The translations under genes were made by a program, and so were the position numbers. From Oopsacas minuta (taxonomy: Eukaryota > Animalia > Porifera): a stretch of DNA of 64,000 nt. This document shows, piece by piece, positions 40,639 through 54,017 of the stretch. The stretch covers positions 124,001 to 188,000 of the forward strand of contig JAKMXF010000295.1 in the NCBI GenBank assembly GCA_024704765.1. Direction: 5' to 3'. The notes beneath the pieces were generated by a model that was not told the DNA's origin, did not search any database, and saw nothing but the letters and a program-made list of their open reading frames with translations. Positions within the stretch are counted from its first letter, which is position 1. Every line of letters starts with the position of its first letter.

Positions 40639-41388
40639 CACTGCTATAAGGTATGTCATGGAAGAGCAAACCATTGTGAATACTTCCTGATAATGGTTGT
40701 ATATGAATTGTGTTTAGGTTCTGAACTTTGGAGCCACCCTGTATCTGATATATAACAGTATGTAGGCCTTTTTACTACTGTCTTCCTGTAAATTCCACTT
40801 GTCAACAAATTTAACTTTTATTTCTCATCAAGTGTGAAATTTATTTTCTTCTGACCAATTTCTGTATTAATTCCGAATCTGATGTCCGATTTTCTTTATT
40901 ACGTTACAATCTCACAATATCTGACTTGCAAAATGTCCAAATTGTAATGTCTGATATATTTTTTCTGTTTTGGTGAGTAGTGATCAAGAAATTACAAATA
41001 TTTGATAGCAATATGGTATTTGTGACACATACTTTTTGGAGAAATCTCTGTATAACTGAAACTAAATTTATGGATGGAAATCAAATAATAAGTATAATAG
41101 TGAATATATATAATGCAAAATATGAATTATTGGGTGTTATTTACCAGTGCCAGTTGTACATATCTCCTTTAGATTTAGTGAGACATAATTAGACTAAGGT
41201 CGATAATACATTGAGGTTTGAGATATCACAATGATACTCAGGAAATTCATTTCTAAATTAGCAATTTTCCTATTTTTCATAATGAATTTAATAAATTGTG
41301 AAGTCCTGTAGTATACTTATTGGACTACATATTCGGAATCAGCAGATCAAACTTGATACAAAACATTAGATAATATATCTGATGATTA

Positions 41389-43701
41389 CACAGCCCTGCG
41401 GAGAAAAAAATTTATTTGCAGATAGTTGTTGCAAAACATTTTCTAATCCATATTTTAATGCTGATTTTGAAAATGTTGTAAAATATACGTACCACGTCTA
41501 GTTTTTTTGCAAAATTATTTTTAAATAGTGGTATATTTATCGATGAATGCATGATACCTCTACAAGTAAATAGTGAAAATCTGCCATTTATAAATTTTTA
41601 CTAAGAATTACAATAAAATTTTATTGATAATATAATCTTAGTTAATAAATAAATTTGAATATATTAGTCTGTATCAGGAGTATATTTCCGTTTTTTTGAC
41701 ATTCTAGCATGAATAACATTAATACAATCTCTCTTGAGGCACCAGCAGTAATCAGCCATCAAATGAATGTCCCACCTCCCCTGATATCGTGTTTCCATTG
41801 TTTCTATGTCTTGGTGGAATCGTTCACCTTGCTCCTCGGAAACAGCTCCAAGATTCTCTGGAAAATAGTCAATATGAATGTGAAGAAAGTGAACTTTTAC
41901 ACTCATATTGCAGCCGAGATTCTTGTAAGATTCAATCAACTCACTCACAAGTATTTTATAATTAGGAGATTTCGTATTTCCCAAGAAGTTTTTCATGACA
42001 TCTACAAATGCATTCCATGCACATTTTTCTTTGCATATCATAGAATTTGAAAAATTATCATCTCGAACAAGTTGTCTTATCTGAGGACCGTCGAATATAC
42101 CGGCTTTTCTTTTTCCATCACTTAGGTAGTAAAATTTCTCGGTAATATATTTGAAACAATTTCCTTCTTTATCTAATGCCCTTACAAACTGTTTCATCAA
42201 TCCTAATTTAATATGAAGTGGTGGAAGCAAAATCTTGAGGATCCACTAGGGCTCGTGAACAATGTTCTTATCTCCAACACCAAGATTGGTTCTAGCTGGC
42301 CAGCTCTGTCTAGAATAGTGTTCGCTCTTTGCACGACTGTCCCATAAGCATAAAAAACAAGGGTATTTTGTATATCCTGATTGCTGTCCCAAAAGAATGC
42401 ATATGATTTTTAAGTCACCACAGATTACCCAATTGTGCTGGTTATAATTAATTTTATGAAGCACAATTTTCATGCTATCATATCGTTCCTTTAAACTTAC
42501 TGAATGTCCAATTGGTATGGAACTAAATTTGTTGCCATTATGAAGTAGAACACATTTCAAACTTTGTTTTGAACTATCAATAAAGAGTCTCCAATCATTA
42601 GGTACATACGGACATCCAAGAGCATTAACTAGCGGTGAAACATCATGACAAAACACAAATCCGTCTTCCATTATGAAATATTTCAAAAATTCGATCTCTC
42701 TGTTCCTATATGAGTAAAATTTTGTTTCTGGGAAAAGCAAGTTTTTTTCTTTTAGCCTAGAACCTAACAACTCCGCAGATTCTTTAGGTAAATCTAAATC
42801 ACGTGCCAAATCATTTAATTCAGACTGATTAAATAACTGTGGAGAATTAGAACGAGATAATACACACGGAATAAAATCCTCATCTTCTCTAATTAATGAA
42901 TCTCTAGTTTCACAATCATCAATTTCCGAGATAACATCCAAATTAGTAAATTTTGGAACAGGTACATCAATAGAATGGGGAACGGGTCGTATTGCTGAAT
43001 GTAAATTTGGATACTTGATCAATGACTTAGTTTTAGCATTGAATCCTGAAATATTCGCCATACTAAAGTAACAATCGCTAATGTGATTTTGTGGCTCTCT
43101 CCATATCATTGGAATTCCTAAACTTAAACTCTTTCTGATTCCTTTTGTCCATTGTCTCAAATTTTCTACACAAGATCGGCACACTGTATGTGGAGCCCAT
43201 GTTTTGTCTTGATCACCTAATCTCATTCCAAAATATTCTAAATATGCTTTTTTAACAAATCCTGTTATTACCGTAGTTTGTTTAGAAGTAATAAAACTCC
43301 CACAAATATAACAAAAGACGTCTGGATCATTACTGCACCTTCTCCGATAAGCCATATGATAATAAAATATCAAAATAGTAGACTATAGTACAATAAAGCT
43401 GTATATAACAAAAATAAAATAAAACAAATTATGTAGAAAAGAATGGAGTTAAAGAGACTAATTAGAAAATACAATTAAGCACGCATCTGTTTATTTCAAA
43501 AGACAAAAATTCACACATGTATCAAATATAATCATTAATTCTAGGGAAGTGTACTTAAAAAAATCGACTTACATTAAAATGACATTAGAGTAAAAACGAG
43601 ATGTGATAGGGGAATTCTGATGACAGATTGGGAATCAGTATACTCAAGTTAACTAAAAACAACCCATGGATAATAATCAGCAAATTTGACGCAGGGCAGT
43701 G
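41389..43701 (-). mobile_element. Chapaev3-type transposon, young copy B
   Basis: Ends CACAGCCCTGCG (41389) and CGCAGGGCAGTG (43701). 3-bp TSD TTA/TTA. Near-identical to the inverted copy at 59876-62167. Confidence 0.9.
41664..43355 (-). pseudogene. Chapaev3-type transposase, ~563 codons with one in-frame TAG
   Basis: ORFs 42246-43373 and 41664-42230 lie in the same frame. The stop at 42246-42248 arises from a -1 and a -2 deletion relative to copy D. Motifs: FCYICG, WAPH, WREP...H...CYF, GDLK, PLHIKLG, SEEQGERFHQDI. Confidence 0.9.
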
Positions 43702-44949
43702 TTATTCACTGTTGACTTGTGTTATTTTTCGGGAGGGCGTCGATTCGAATATTTATTTGGCGACAAGTTATGTCTTATCTATCTCCCTAAATTGTTGGAT
43801 GAGTCAAGTATTTCGCCTAACCCAAAACTCGAAATTTGGGTATGGGAGTCGGAATCTTTCTCTTCAATTATTTTCATTGAAAATTTTAATAGGCACCATA
43901 GATGTATCGCTTGGTCCACTTATTCCTCTCATAGCAGGATAATCTATAGATGCTGCAACATATACCTTATGGGAGTACCCGCTTTTAGCCTGACCACATA
44001 TTAATCGGTGCGATTTAACTGGATTTGTGGTGAGGTCAGGAGTCTATGAGGGGTTTATTGTACCAAATTTGGTTTATATTAGCCTTAAAATTCGCAGTTA
44101 TGAATTTACCACTCATTGGACAATACAACAATTAAGATATTTAAAATTTTCTACAATATACTCAAATTTCAAAATTTCGAATGCTTCCATAGTCCAATAT
44201 AAAGTTGAACTCGGATAAGACGTACCGCCACGGGAAACCAATATTAGTAAGTATTTCCGATCTTAGTCTTGTTCCTAGATATTCAAGAAAACCTGAGGGC
44301 CAATTTTGAAAAATGTACATACCGAACTAGTTCTACTTGATCTTTTGTACTATATCATATAGTCCAATGGAATTTATTTTCATTCTTGATAAAGAAAATT
44401 TTACAAATTTGTGTTTTCTATATTAGTTTCAGTTTCTCACGTCCTGTAACATTTAGCTGGTATCTATATATTTCTTATATGTAAGTGTGCATCATTTTAC
44501 CATTCCTTGCATTTCAGTTTATCAATTCTTTACAAAAAGACTATTTGTATGCCAGTATATAAAAACTGAGCAATCATGACAAAAATTCTTATTATCAAGC
44601 AAAAGATTAGGACTTACGTTAACCGAGTATTCATAATGATCCCGTTTAATCCAACACTTATGTATATATGCAAGTGCAATATTCTCATTGGCCATTAACT
44701 CTACCTATTTTGTTTATGGAAATCTGATAAACAGTTACTGTTGTACGAATGGTAGTCTCATGTTTAAACTATAAACTTTAACGGCAACACAAATATTACA
44801 ATTCAGTAGGATTTTATTGCTACAAACGGTGAAAATTTATTCACCTCTTCCGGAGTTAGTATTAAATGGTATAATACTAATTGGATATCTATTATAAGGA
44901 AATGATATTGTGAAAACATTTTTCGGCTTATTCGGAAATTCATATTAAC

Positions 44950-46010
44950 TATGTTCATGTTAAGACGGTTCTACAGTTCTATTGTAAGTTGTTTACAATA
45001 TAATTATTAGAACCAGCATATTCCACCAGTCTACAATGAACCATAATGCTCCAGTAAGGGCAGTTCATTTTCAGCAGAATGTGAAGACTCCTGAATTAAG
45101 AATATATACCTGTTTCACGAAACAATCAGCATAAGAAGTGAACATACATGTCTTTGAACAGTTTGTTCTGGCACTAGAGTTTTTGGCAAAGCAGTCCTTA
45201 TCTTTCAGGAGTCATCGTGTAGACAAACTGGACTTTACAAGATATGATACCAACAGAGGAAACTTCATATATAAACACCATTTTTTCATATAAACAGACA
45301 TACTGATTATCATCTTTTATGCTTGCCTAATGTATGCGAATCCGTCAAGAGCTTCAGGAGCACAAATTGCTTTTAGTAAAATTCTTATGAAAGCACAGAT
45401 GCACATTTCAACTAGTTGATTCTTTTTGTTTGCCTCAGTTTTGTAGATTTATCTTCAGGGCAACAACCTCGCATTAAGGAATCTTTTTTACATTTGGACT
45501 GAACTATGGCCCTTACTATGACTATCATAAGGAATTGGATAAATCTCTATATTTTCGTATATCTAAACTCAACAAACATCAGAAACAAAGCTTAAGATAC
45601 TGCTGCTGTAATGTTTTCTGAGATAGCAGCCGTGCACAAATTTATGATTTTTTTCGTTTGTTATGTTCCTCCGACTGCTTCCATCACTGTCTCAACCTAT
45701 CTGTTGAAGCAGCATGCAACTGTCAAGTGCTTAAGAATTTATTTGGCCTAATGAATGATTCATATATGTTCCTTGATAACAGTCACAAGCGTCATAGGCT
45801 GTTTGAGTTGGTTATGACGGTCTATCTACCTTTATCTTCTCGTAATAGGATTCCAGGGCTGTTTAACAACGATGGGTGGATCGGCCCACCTGCAGGAGGC
45901 GTCCTTAAAGATTTATTAAGTATTTGTTACATTCCTGAAGCTATAATTGTTCATCATGAATACACAGGTAAATCATCCTGTGCTCTAAGTTAGTATTGGG
46001 ATAGGAAACA
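44950..46010 (+). pseudogene. ZMYM1/PRKRIR(THAP12)-like hAT transposase fragment
   Basis: EFLAKQSLSFRSH, NRGNFI, CFHHCLNLSVEAAC...FLDNSHKRHRLF (45658-45993). Limits approximate. Confidence 0.75.
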
Positions 46011-46559
46011 AGATTAATCATGAATTCTCAATTTTTAGGCTGAATTATTTCAGGCCGATTTATTGATCAAAGTTATTTATCAATATGTATACAGAGTTCA
46101 ATTCAGCATGTGGTACTTCATAAAATGTTATGAATTAGAAATATTTACTACAATTATCAACGAGAATTATATTAATCGAAAAATACCTTTCATCCGAATG
46201 GGTAGATCAAATACATTCAGGATAGTACATTTAGCGCCATTGGGTAGGTCTAGATATTATTGAGAATGAACCTGGAAATATTATATGCAAAGTTGTTGAT
46301 CATTAAACTCAGAATAATTTGCATTGTAAGATCGGGGATATTTAATTGCTGGTCAAAGAGCTGAATTATGTAAAAGAATAGACGTCTAGCATCGCAGAGC
46401 GTCACAAAATACTTTGGAAGAAGTTTTCTAAGATTTTCTCATAAAATTTTTATATTTCAAAAACAAAGAATTGTGATGTGGTATCGGAAAATTATACAGA
46501 TGTTCGAAATATATTCATATACTTTCTACAATGAATTCAACATAAGTATCAAATCTTTA

Positions 46560-47030
46560 TGCATTTTTGTAGTTTTCAATGAGTATTTATCTTAGGTATT
46601 GATGGAACGACCATCCGAGGCTATTACGATCCTCGAATTCCTGCCCACATAGGTGATCTTTATGTCATCTATATAGGCTAAAGTCACTGGGGCTAAGTCT
46701 GGTAAATATAGCGGATATGCAACATCTGCGATCCCATATCCAATATACTTCCCTTTCGGGTGGTAATTTATGTGATCTTGCGGTATAGTGAAGTATTTTG
46801 GATGACAAGTTCCACTCTTTCGATCTCGCTTGGCATGAAAGTTTTCTACTTCTGGTAACACAGCTGTAGTGCTAAAGATTTCCTATAAAAGTCTCCTTTT
46901 GGGCAAAGGTATTTGAGATACAGGCCCTAACGCATCGAAAATTATGAGGTGGACAACCTTTTCATCCCGAATATCGGACGCAGTGATTACAGGTGGTATT
47001 TCTCCTTTGCCTAGCGATAACTTCGCATGT
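46560..47030 (-). pseudogene. mariner transposase remnant
   Basis: KVVHLIIFDALGPV...VLPEVENFHAKR...AYPLYLPDLAP (degenerate HPPYSPDLAP). Confidence 0.65.
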
Positions 47031-49059
47031 TTCTTCCTTGTTGGTATATTGATTTGAAACCATTTTCATCTCCTGTTACAATTCATTTAACGCCTTGCCT
47101 CATATCCCCAATAAATTTCCATGTTGCCATGTTACTTGTTTTCATTGTACAGTTTGCTTCATCGATGAGTAGGGTAATCTCCTGCCGACTTGAACCTTCT
47201 TCATTTGTTGTTTAGTTGTTATAATAGTATTTATCTTGCAGAGTTCCAGGTGAGACATTTAGCATGGGAATGCATATCTTTTATGAAGATTAGGGACGTA
47301 TCAATTAATATCTATATTCATTTGGAATGCAATTTATGCGACATAGATCAAGCAACTTACACGGATAAATACATAGCAATTGGAACATGTCCTAAAGTGG
47401 TTCCAATCTTTATTTTTATCTAACATGTGTGATGGTGTTAATAACCCTAAATAGACATTTATTTACTGAGATCGCATTTTTTGCACAATTTATATGCTAC
47501 AGGTTTATTATTTTTGTTTTGATAATAACGCCTCTTTCTAGTACACTGAGGTTCTCTGGATACCTAGTCCCTACTCACAAATTTATTATGCCACCTCTGG
47601 TTTCATTGTAATTATTCTTGAGTTGGTTTTAAATTTCTAACAAATTGGACTTAATTTAAACTCAATTATTGATTTTACATTACAACATTGTTTAATCATC
47701 ATATTTACTAATCAGGCAAAAATTTCTAGATACTCTAAAACCATGCTGGCGTACCCCTGAAAAGGCCTTCCTGTACCTTAGGTATATTGTCCCTGTTTAG
47801 TCATCTTCCTCATTATTTGACTTCCACTGAAATATGGCAAATTTTTTATTGAGTTTTTCTCTAGTTTCCTATTAAGAACAATCGATTATATTTTCTCAAT
47901 GAAATTACTTTCATTTTGAGCTTTTTCATATTCAGGATCCTTTCAATTCCTTTCATATTTATCCGTTTTTCTAATAATTATCAAATATCTATTCTAAAGA
48001 TCTTCTCCAAAGTTCCAGATGTATGCTTTTACTTTTCCTTTCTTATTGTTTTATTTCAAATCTTGTGGCTATACAGGGTTGTTGTTCGCTTCTTTCAGAA
48101 ACTCAGAGAGTGATATTTTATCTACTTTCACATTTGTTATTCAAAAATAATTGAATTAATCAATTCCTTTCATGTATTTTATATAGTCTTATTTATATTT
48201 TACGTTTGGGATTCTCCATTTATGATAGAGTTCACTCTATTGCTGTTTTATCTTTTTGATTATATATGGATTTTCAAGGCCTCATCCTCGCTACCCTTAG
48301 TGCGGCGAGCGCAGTACAACTTTATAGTGTAGTACAGCTTTGTTATTGAATTCTCTGCTATACCACTCTATCTGAATGAAATATAAAATTCGATATTTTG
48401 TCATGGGTCTGTGTTAAGAATCTCACCATAAGTCCAAAACTGGATACCCACTCTATGAACAGTATCTTATGTATAGGTTGTCTACGTTGATTGATAATCG
48501 GTCACTAAAACAGTACTTTTCAACCTTTGACATACTGCCCCACATCCTTCAAATTCCCCTTTTCAAGACACACCTGTATTTTCTCACTTGGACTTATGTT
48601 CAACAACGGTGTAAAATTTTCACAGTGTTATACCAAATATACTCCTCTACCAAAGTAAGCGTACACCAAAAAATCCCATTTAAAATAATATTATTTTTCT
48701 TGTAATATTCTCAGTTGTGAGTTTCAATCTTAGTGTCACAAAAACTACTTCTACAAGAAATGTGGAGAAGTTAATGAATCATAACACTTCGGCAAAATTT
48801 TTACCATTTAACGTTTGTCATGTTTTAAGATTGTTTCTCACTAATTTGTACCCAAAGATTCCGAATATCTAATGTAATTTGTACAAAATCTTTTGTTTCA
48901 AGGATATGTGTTAGTTAAATATTTTCAATATTATTTAAGAGTTCTCATTCTCTAAGTTATATTTTATTTAATAAGATGTGTAAATTGTAACTTAAGCTTA
49001 TTTTAATTAAATATTCACTGTTTATTTATTGATAAAGTAAATACAATGCCTACAAGAAG

Positions 49060-49830
49060 TTTATTTTTTTGACGATATTTACGTTTAAACACGTGATTAC
49101 CATCTCGAAAAGCCACTAAACGTAATCACCCATCATTGGATCTTTCCATCCTCCTATATTTCGTGCTCCCTTCTCTTGAATATCTTGGTGGATCCATTCA
49201 CCTTGTTCTTCACTTACTTCCCCGATAGGTCTAAAAATTTCCACATTGAATTGTGGTAATGTAATTTGAGTGACAATCTACAATCAATTTTTTCATAATT
49301 TTATACGAGTTCATTTACGAGATCTCTTAAACTCACAGAGGGAATATTTCTAAGCAACTCTTCTACTACTCTTCGAAATGTACACACCAAACATTTCTTC
49401 TCTAAAGTTGTCATTCTTGCTTCTAACTTATCTAATCAGCATTATTGTGGTCCTGTCAAGATCCCAGCTTGTACTTTTGCTATGGATAATCTGGGGTGCA
49501 TGGATAGTATATGCATAAACCGTATCTGATTGAAATCAAGAGCTTGGGCAAATCTGAGGCCATTCTACCATTCTGAAGGGATTGTATTGGATTTAAATTT
49601 CTTCGAAAGTCCGCTGACATAATTACAGTAATATAGTGCAGTTGAAACATGTAATCAAGAGAAATTGTTTTTACCTATTTTGGATTTAGCTGAACAACGC
49701 AGCTCAGATAAATTCCATCCCTGTAGACGAGTAGCCAGAAGTTTGGATTTGCCTTTGGAATTATCTCTTGCCAGATCATCTAAATCTTGTTAATTAATAA
49801 CATGCGTCCTCGATTCTGAACAAGGAGATA
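49060..49830 (-). pseudogene. Old Chapaev3-type transposase remnant (copy C)
   Basis: PRLSIAKVQAGILTGPQ (~49445-49500), GEVSEEQGEWIHQDIQ...GGWKDPMMGDY (~49110-49225), LARD...KLLATRLQGWNL. Confidence 0.7.
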
Positions 49831-49914
49831 TAAGTTATTTGATATATTTGCTTCTTCCCAAAGTTCTTATAACTCATTATTTTAACCGTAGGGAATACAC
49901 TGTATATGTATATA

Positions 49915-50156
49915 CAGGGTGGCTCCAAAGTTCTGATACCAATAACTTGTTGTTTTTTCAGCATGACCTACATCATTTATTTCTAAATACAATTAATGCA
50001 TACTATTAGGAAGAGATTGCCTATTCATGTTTCACTTTGACCACCCTTTTTTGAAATGACAGCCCTGAGTCTGTTCTGGAATCCTTCTACTGCGGAACGC
50101 AGAGTTTCTGGGGTATCTTCTCCCATTCTTGACACAAGGAATCTTTAGAGAGCTAA
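49915..50156 (-). mobile_element. Truncated 3'-end copy of the maT element at 33004
   Basis: TA + CAGGGTGGCTCCAAAGTTCTGATAC, colinear with 33004-33255, ending at ...TTTAGAGAGCTAA. Confidence 0.85.
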
Positions 50157-50375
50157 GGAATATTGTCTTATGCTAAACCATGTAAGACAATATTCCTCAG
50201 TCCCTTCTCCCGAAGTTTTCTTAGCTTTGTATCTACTATAGTGACTTCATGTCACCAAATGATTCGGTAGCCCGTAATTTATTCCCTTGCTCGGTGCCGG
50301 TGGGGTTTCCCCACCCTTCAACACTCTGATTGTGGGCCCCTAATCCTAAAGTAATACAGCAAATTTTTATTATTT

Positions 50376-50441
50376 CACTTGACAAATTTACTTCAGCAAT
50401 CACTTGACAATTTACTTCAGCAAATTTGCTTCAGCAATCAC
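50376..50441. repeat. Short imperfect tandem repeat (TTTACTTCAGCAA core, three copies)
   Basis: CACTTGACAAATTTACTTCAGCAAT / CACTTGACAATTTACTTCAGCAAA / TTTGCTTCAGCAATCAC. Confidence 0.8.
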
Positions 50442-50573
50442 GAATTCCAGAAAGGGAGATATGGAATTCCGAGTTCTAGACCCTTACAAGGACATATTAT
50501 TTGTTTAGGAATTAATTCTTTTTATGTTTGGAAATTGAATGATTTCTTTATATATTTTCGCATAAATAGTGTA

Positions 50574-52746
50574 TATAAAAATTTTCTCCCTCTCAATCGC
50601 GTTAATTTCATGAAGGGTTATTTTCTATAGTAAGGTCTTGTTAGAAATATCTGGTTAGTTGGGAACTCGGCTAAATGGTGACAAAAGGGCTGGAACTGTC
50701 CCGATTATGCGTTGTTGACTATATTTTTATAGTCGGGGATTAATTCGATTTTTTCCAAGTCATTATTCACAAACGAAGTGGTGCACACATATTGTATATT
50801 TTCCACTTTTCCATGTGGCACAAATATGAAAAGACTAATGAGTCACCAAGATGTACTGTAATCAATTCGAATCAGGCTACTAGGGTACCATAAGTTCCTT
50901 GCGCTTTAAATGCATCCAGATTAATAAGAATTTATGATCTCTTCCGAGACCAAGTTCTTCCTTAGTTTGTTCGACATATGGTTTTAGTACTTTCATTAAT
51001 AGGGATCTCGTTTCCTTTTCATTATAGCTTAGAAGAAATCCATCGGGAAAGGGAACGGTGGGAGAGATCTTGCTGTTTTTCCATGATAAATTATCTGAAA
51101 TGGTAACATTTACCACTTAGCGTTTCAGCCAGGGTTATCTTCATGCCTCTTTCATTGTTAGATCCTTTCTTTGCTACTTGTTTGGAATTAGTTCCCACCA
51201 TAGTTAAACTGCCAGTGGACACAAATTTTGACGGTGTCTGATCTACAGTTATAATGAGTTTATCAGGAATATTATGCAGAGCGACTGTTGTTACAATTTC
51301 GTTTAAAAATTGGTTTCTTACTTCATTCCAAAGGGCTCCCGTCGCTATAGGCCTAGGCGTTGTCACCATACGTCTGGACATAGTCATGCGAGCATACAGA
51401 GATTGTATCCAGCTGTTCGTGATTTTCAAGTCCAGATAACCTCCATGTCTCCCTAAGTTGCTTTTGATGATACCCATAAGCACTCCATGAACGGAATGTC
51501 GATCAACAGTTCCTCCAGCGATGCGAAGATTCGTAATGAAGGTTGTGAGTATCGTATCTAAATCATCATCTAATAACAATGGTCTCCCTCTCTTCGATGA
51601 AATTTGTATTAAGTCTGGGGTTATTTTCTCTTCAATCCAGCACGAAATTTCGACAACCAACCTCGCAAGGTACTTTCTGTCAAGTTGTGGGATCTATTTC
51701 TTGTATTGCTGTATAGCATTTGTTGTACCACTCGATTCGCACAAATTGGAATCCGTACTTTGTCTTTTTGTATAGCTGCAACTTTTCTTTTTTTCCCCTG
51801 ACACGATCTGCTGCTCAATTACTTGACCATACTGTTCTTTTGTTATCCCGCTATCTTCAGCAGAAGGAATCACAAGCTCATGAGAATCACTCCTATATTA
51901 TCATCATTTCTTTCAATCGAAAATAAGCTAAGATCGACTTTTCAGCCATTCAAATTGGTAGTATACTATTATAAAAACTTGATTAGGTATCCTAACTTGT
52001 TTGAACGAGGCAACAAATTTAGGATTATTGAGATCGTGAGAAATATTTATGAATATGAATAATGAAATATATTCCTGATAATTACACCAATTTATTATAG
52101 TCCTACATCAAGGATACGTAGCCTATTCTACGAAACAGCAGTCACTGCCATTGTCACTTTCAAAGGAAGCTTCTAGATAATGAGTTTCACTTTCCGAAGA
52201 GTATTCGTCAGCAACCTTTTCATTAAATATTTCTTGCAAATATATTTCGTAGAATCAACATATTCCATGTAATTATCTTCAAGAAATCTACAAGCGAATA
52301 CCTATTCCTTTAGGATGTGTAGTGCTTCTGGTCTGCTCCATCAGACTGTAATAGAAATAGGTATTTCCAGACCACCTTGCAAAAGCGCAGAACTTCTAGG
52401 CTTCACAAAGATGATATTCCCGAAATACAAGCTCCATTTTTAGTGCGTACCAAAAATAATGACTGATCTCTCTTGGAATATACCCAACCGTCGTTATAGA
52501 CAACTTCCCAAGTAATTTTGTTTGTTCAGCCACTGCAAAACTTATCATAAATATGGTTATTCTCCTGTTTGAAACAATGTCTTGTCCCAAAATAGTTTTT
52601 CAGTCCACTTGATAGACATGGTATCCTCTCGAACCAGTCACGCTTCGGAAACATGTAAATTAGGAGTTTGCCCATTCATGTATAAATTTGCTAAGTACTA
52701 TAAATTGCGGGAAATTAACGTCATGGAGCGTTAATTTTCAATAGTA
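50574..52746 (-). mobile_element. pogo-like element containing a DDE_1 transposase and a HIRAN-like ORF
   Basis: Degenerate inverted ends: CGTTAATTTC at 50600-50609 and GAAATTAACG at 52711-52720, each ~26 nt from a terminal TA. Transposase: ESTLRGW, KRGRPLLLD, IPDKLIITVDQTPSKF, AETLSG. Confidence 0.65.
52170..52680 (-). pseudogene. HIRAN-like domain ORF
   Basis: FRSVTGSRGYHVYQ...FAVA...TVGYIPREISHYFWYAL...QGGLEIP, which is the motif order of stand-alone HIRAN-like proteins. Contains stops and a frameshift. Confidence 0.7.
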
Positions 52747-54017
52747 AGCTAATACTAAAGAGCAATATTATTCAATTTTTCAGTTCCAGAGTCGTTTAGC
52801 ATTAAATAAGTTTACTATTCTGAATTACCTTTAAAATTTATAATTAATAGAGAATATTAAAATATAACAACAGTGCTGCATCTATGTTCTGCTCATGTAA
52901 TGCACTGCATTAGTTACAATTTAGACAAAGAATTTAAAATAGATAAAAGAATAAAAGAAGAATTTACATGTATTTGGTCGCATCTTGAACAGTAATAATA
53001 TTCATGAAATTTACCATCTATTTAATTATTATGTTATGTTTTGTGTTCTGAAAAACAATTTGTTGTTCTTCAAAATAAAGTAGTTGAATTAAAACTGTGT
53101 ATTAAGGGAGAGGTTGTATTTAGTAATGAATTTCCAGAAGATTTCGAAGAGGATAATTTTGCAAAAGAAAATGGCTTAACTTATAGACAGAAGTCACCAT
53201 TCGGTAAGCATTTGAACAAATTTATAATAATACTCTACCTACCATAATAAATAATGAAAAGAAATATAAGGTTAATGAAATTAGTATTTGTCATCATCTA
53301 AAAATAATTGAGTCTGTTTTAATATACTACATGCCACTATTACCTTTATGGAGTGGAATAATCCTGTCTACTATTGACCCAGCTAGTCATATTTGAACCG
53401 ATAGTAATGCTAGTGAAGAAAATTGGGTTAGAATTGTGAAACATAGCATTTACAATTCAGATGACCAATTGAGAGGAGCAGATTACATAAGAACTATATA
53501 TAAATATTGATGATAAGATTGCTGCTTTAAAATTCGTTTCACCCCGTTTGTACACAAAGTATTTAAACTAAAAAGAAAATTACTAGTTGAAAACGAAGAA
53601 GATTGTAAGGAGGAGTGGTCTAAAAGGAAAAAGAGTAAAATAAGTTATGTTAACAATTCTAAAGATAGCGTTAGTGGAGTTTTCGAAAGTATATTACCGA
53701 ATAAAGAAGTTGTAACATGTCCCAGTCTAGTAATCAGCAAATTATTAATAATTCTAGTTTGCCTGTTAGTATTAAATTGGAAACAATTGTGTTACCTGAT
53801 AGTAAAAATAATATTTCACAATCTAAAGATGTAGAAATAATTATAGACTGGATGTCATATAAATGGCTTCTTTAGATTGTAAGTTACATAAATTTAATCT
53901 CCCACTTATAGAGAACAAAAGGTATTATGTAAAAGATTATGTTTAAATTTATATAATTCTATAGATTGTTCTAGAAGTCCTGAGAATTCAAATCTAAGAA
54001 ATTATATTCCATCTAAG

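Larger units (their letters stand above)
34212..40643 (-). mobile_element. hAT (Buster-like) element, internally deleted, carrying two nested insertions
   Basis: Left TIR CAGTGGTTCTCAGCC. The right TIR GGTTGAGAAG-CACT-G is rebuilt by removing the Chapaev insertion. TSD ctataaag (34204-34211) / ctataagg (40644-40651). Transposase remnants 36700-37560 (LLFHTEVRWLS, LLPFPTINFCEK). Confidence 0.82.
33004..40741 (-). mobile_element. Tc1/mariner maT-family (DD37D) element, outer host of a nested insertion
   Basis: TA-flanked TIRs CAGGGTGGCTCTAAAGTTC (33004) and GAACTTTGGAGCCACCCTG (40741). Transposase from ATG ~34147 (ORF 33857-34153, HTH) to QQDGAP...WPPYSPDLNPIDY, with 37 residues between the Ds after fixing one frameshift. 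The 5' UTR is split by the hAT at 34212-40643. Confidence 0.88.
50400..53600 (+). pseudogene. NOF-like (Mutator-related) transposase remnant, interrupted by the pogo element at ~50574-52746
   Basis: CxxH motif TVLHLCSAHVMH (~52870-52910) and YMPLLPLWSGIIL...TDSNASEENWVRIVKH (~53325-53445). Possible N-terminal piece QGHIICLGINSFYVW (~50490). The family name is from recalled motifs. Confidence 0.5.

Noticed and set aside
47735-48620. One Buster-type MITE spanning GCGTACCCCTG... to CAGTACTTTTCAACC...
   Set aside because: The two end-like pieces face outward and no TSD is found. They are probably unrelated decayed fragments.
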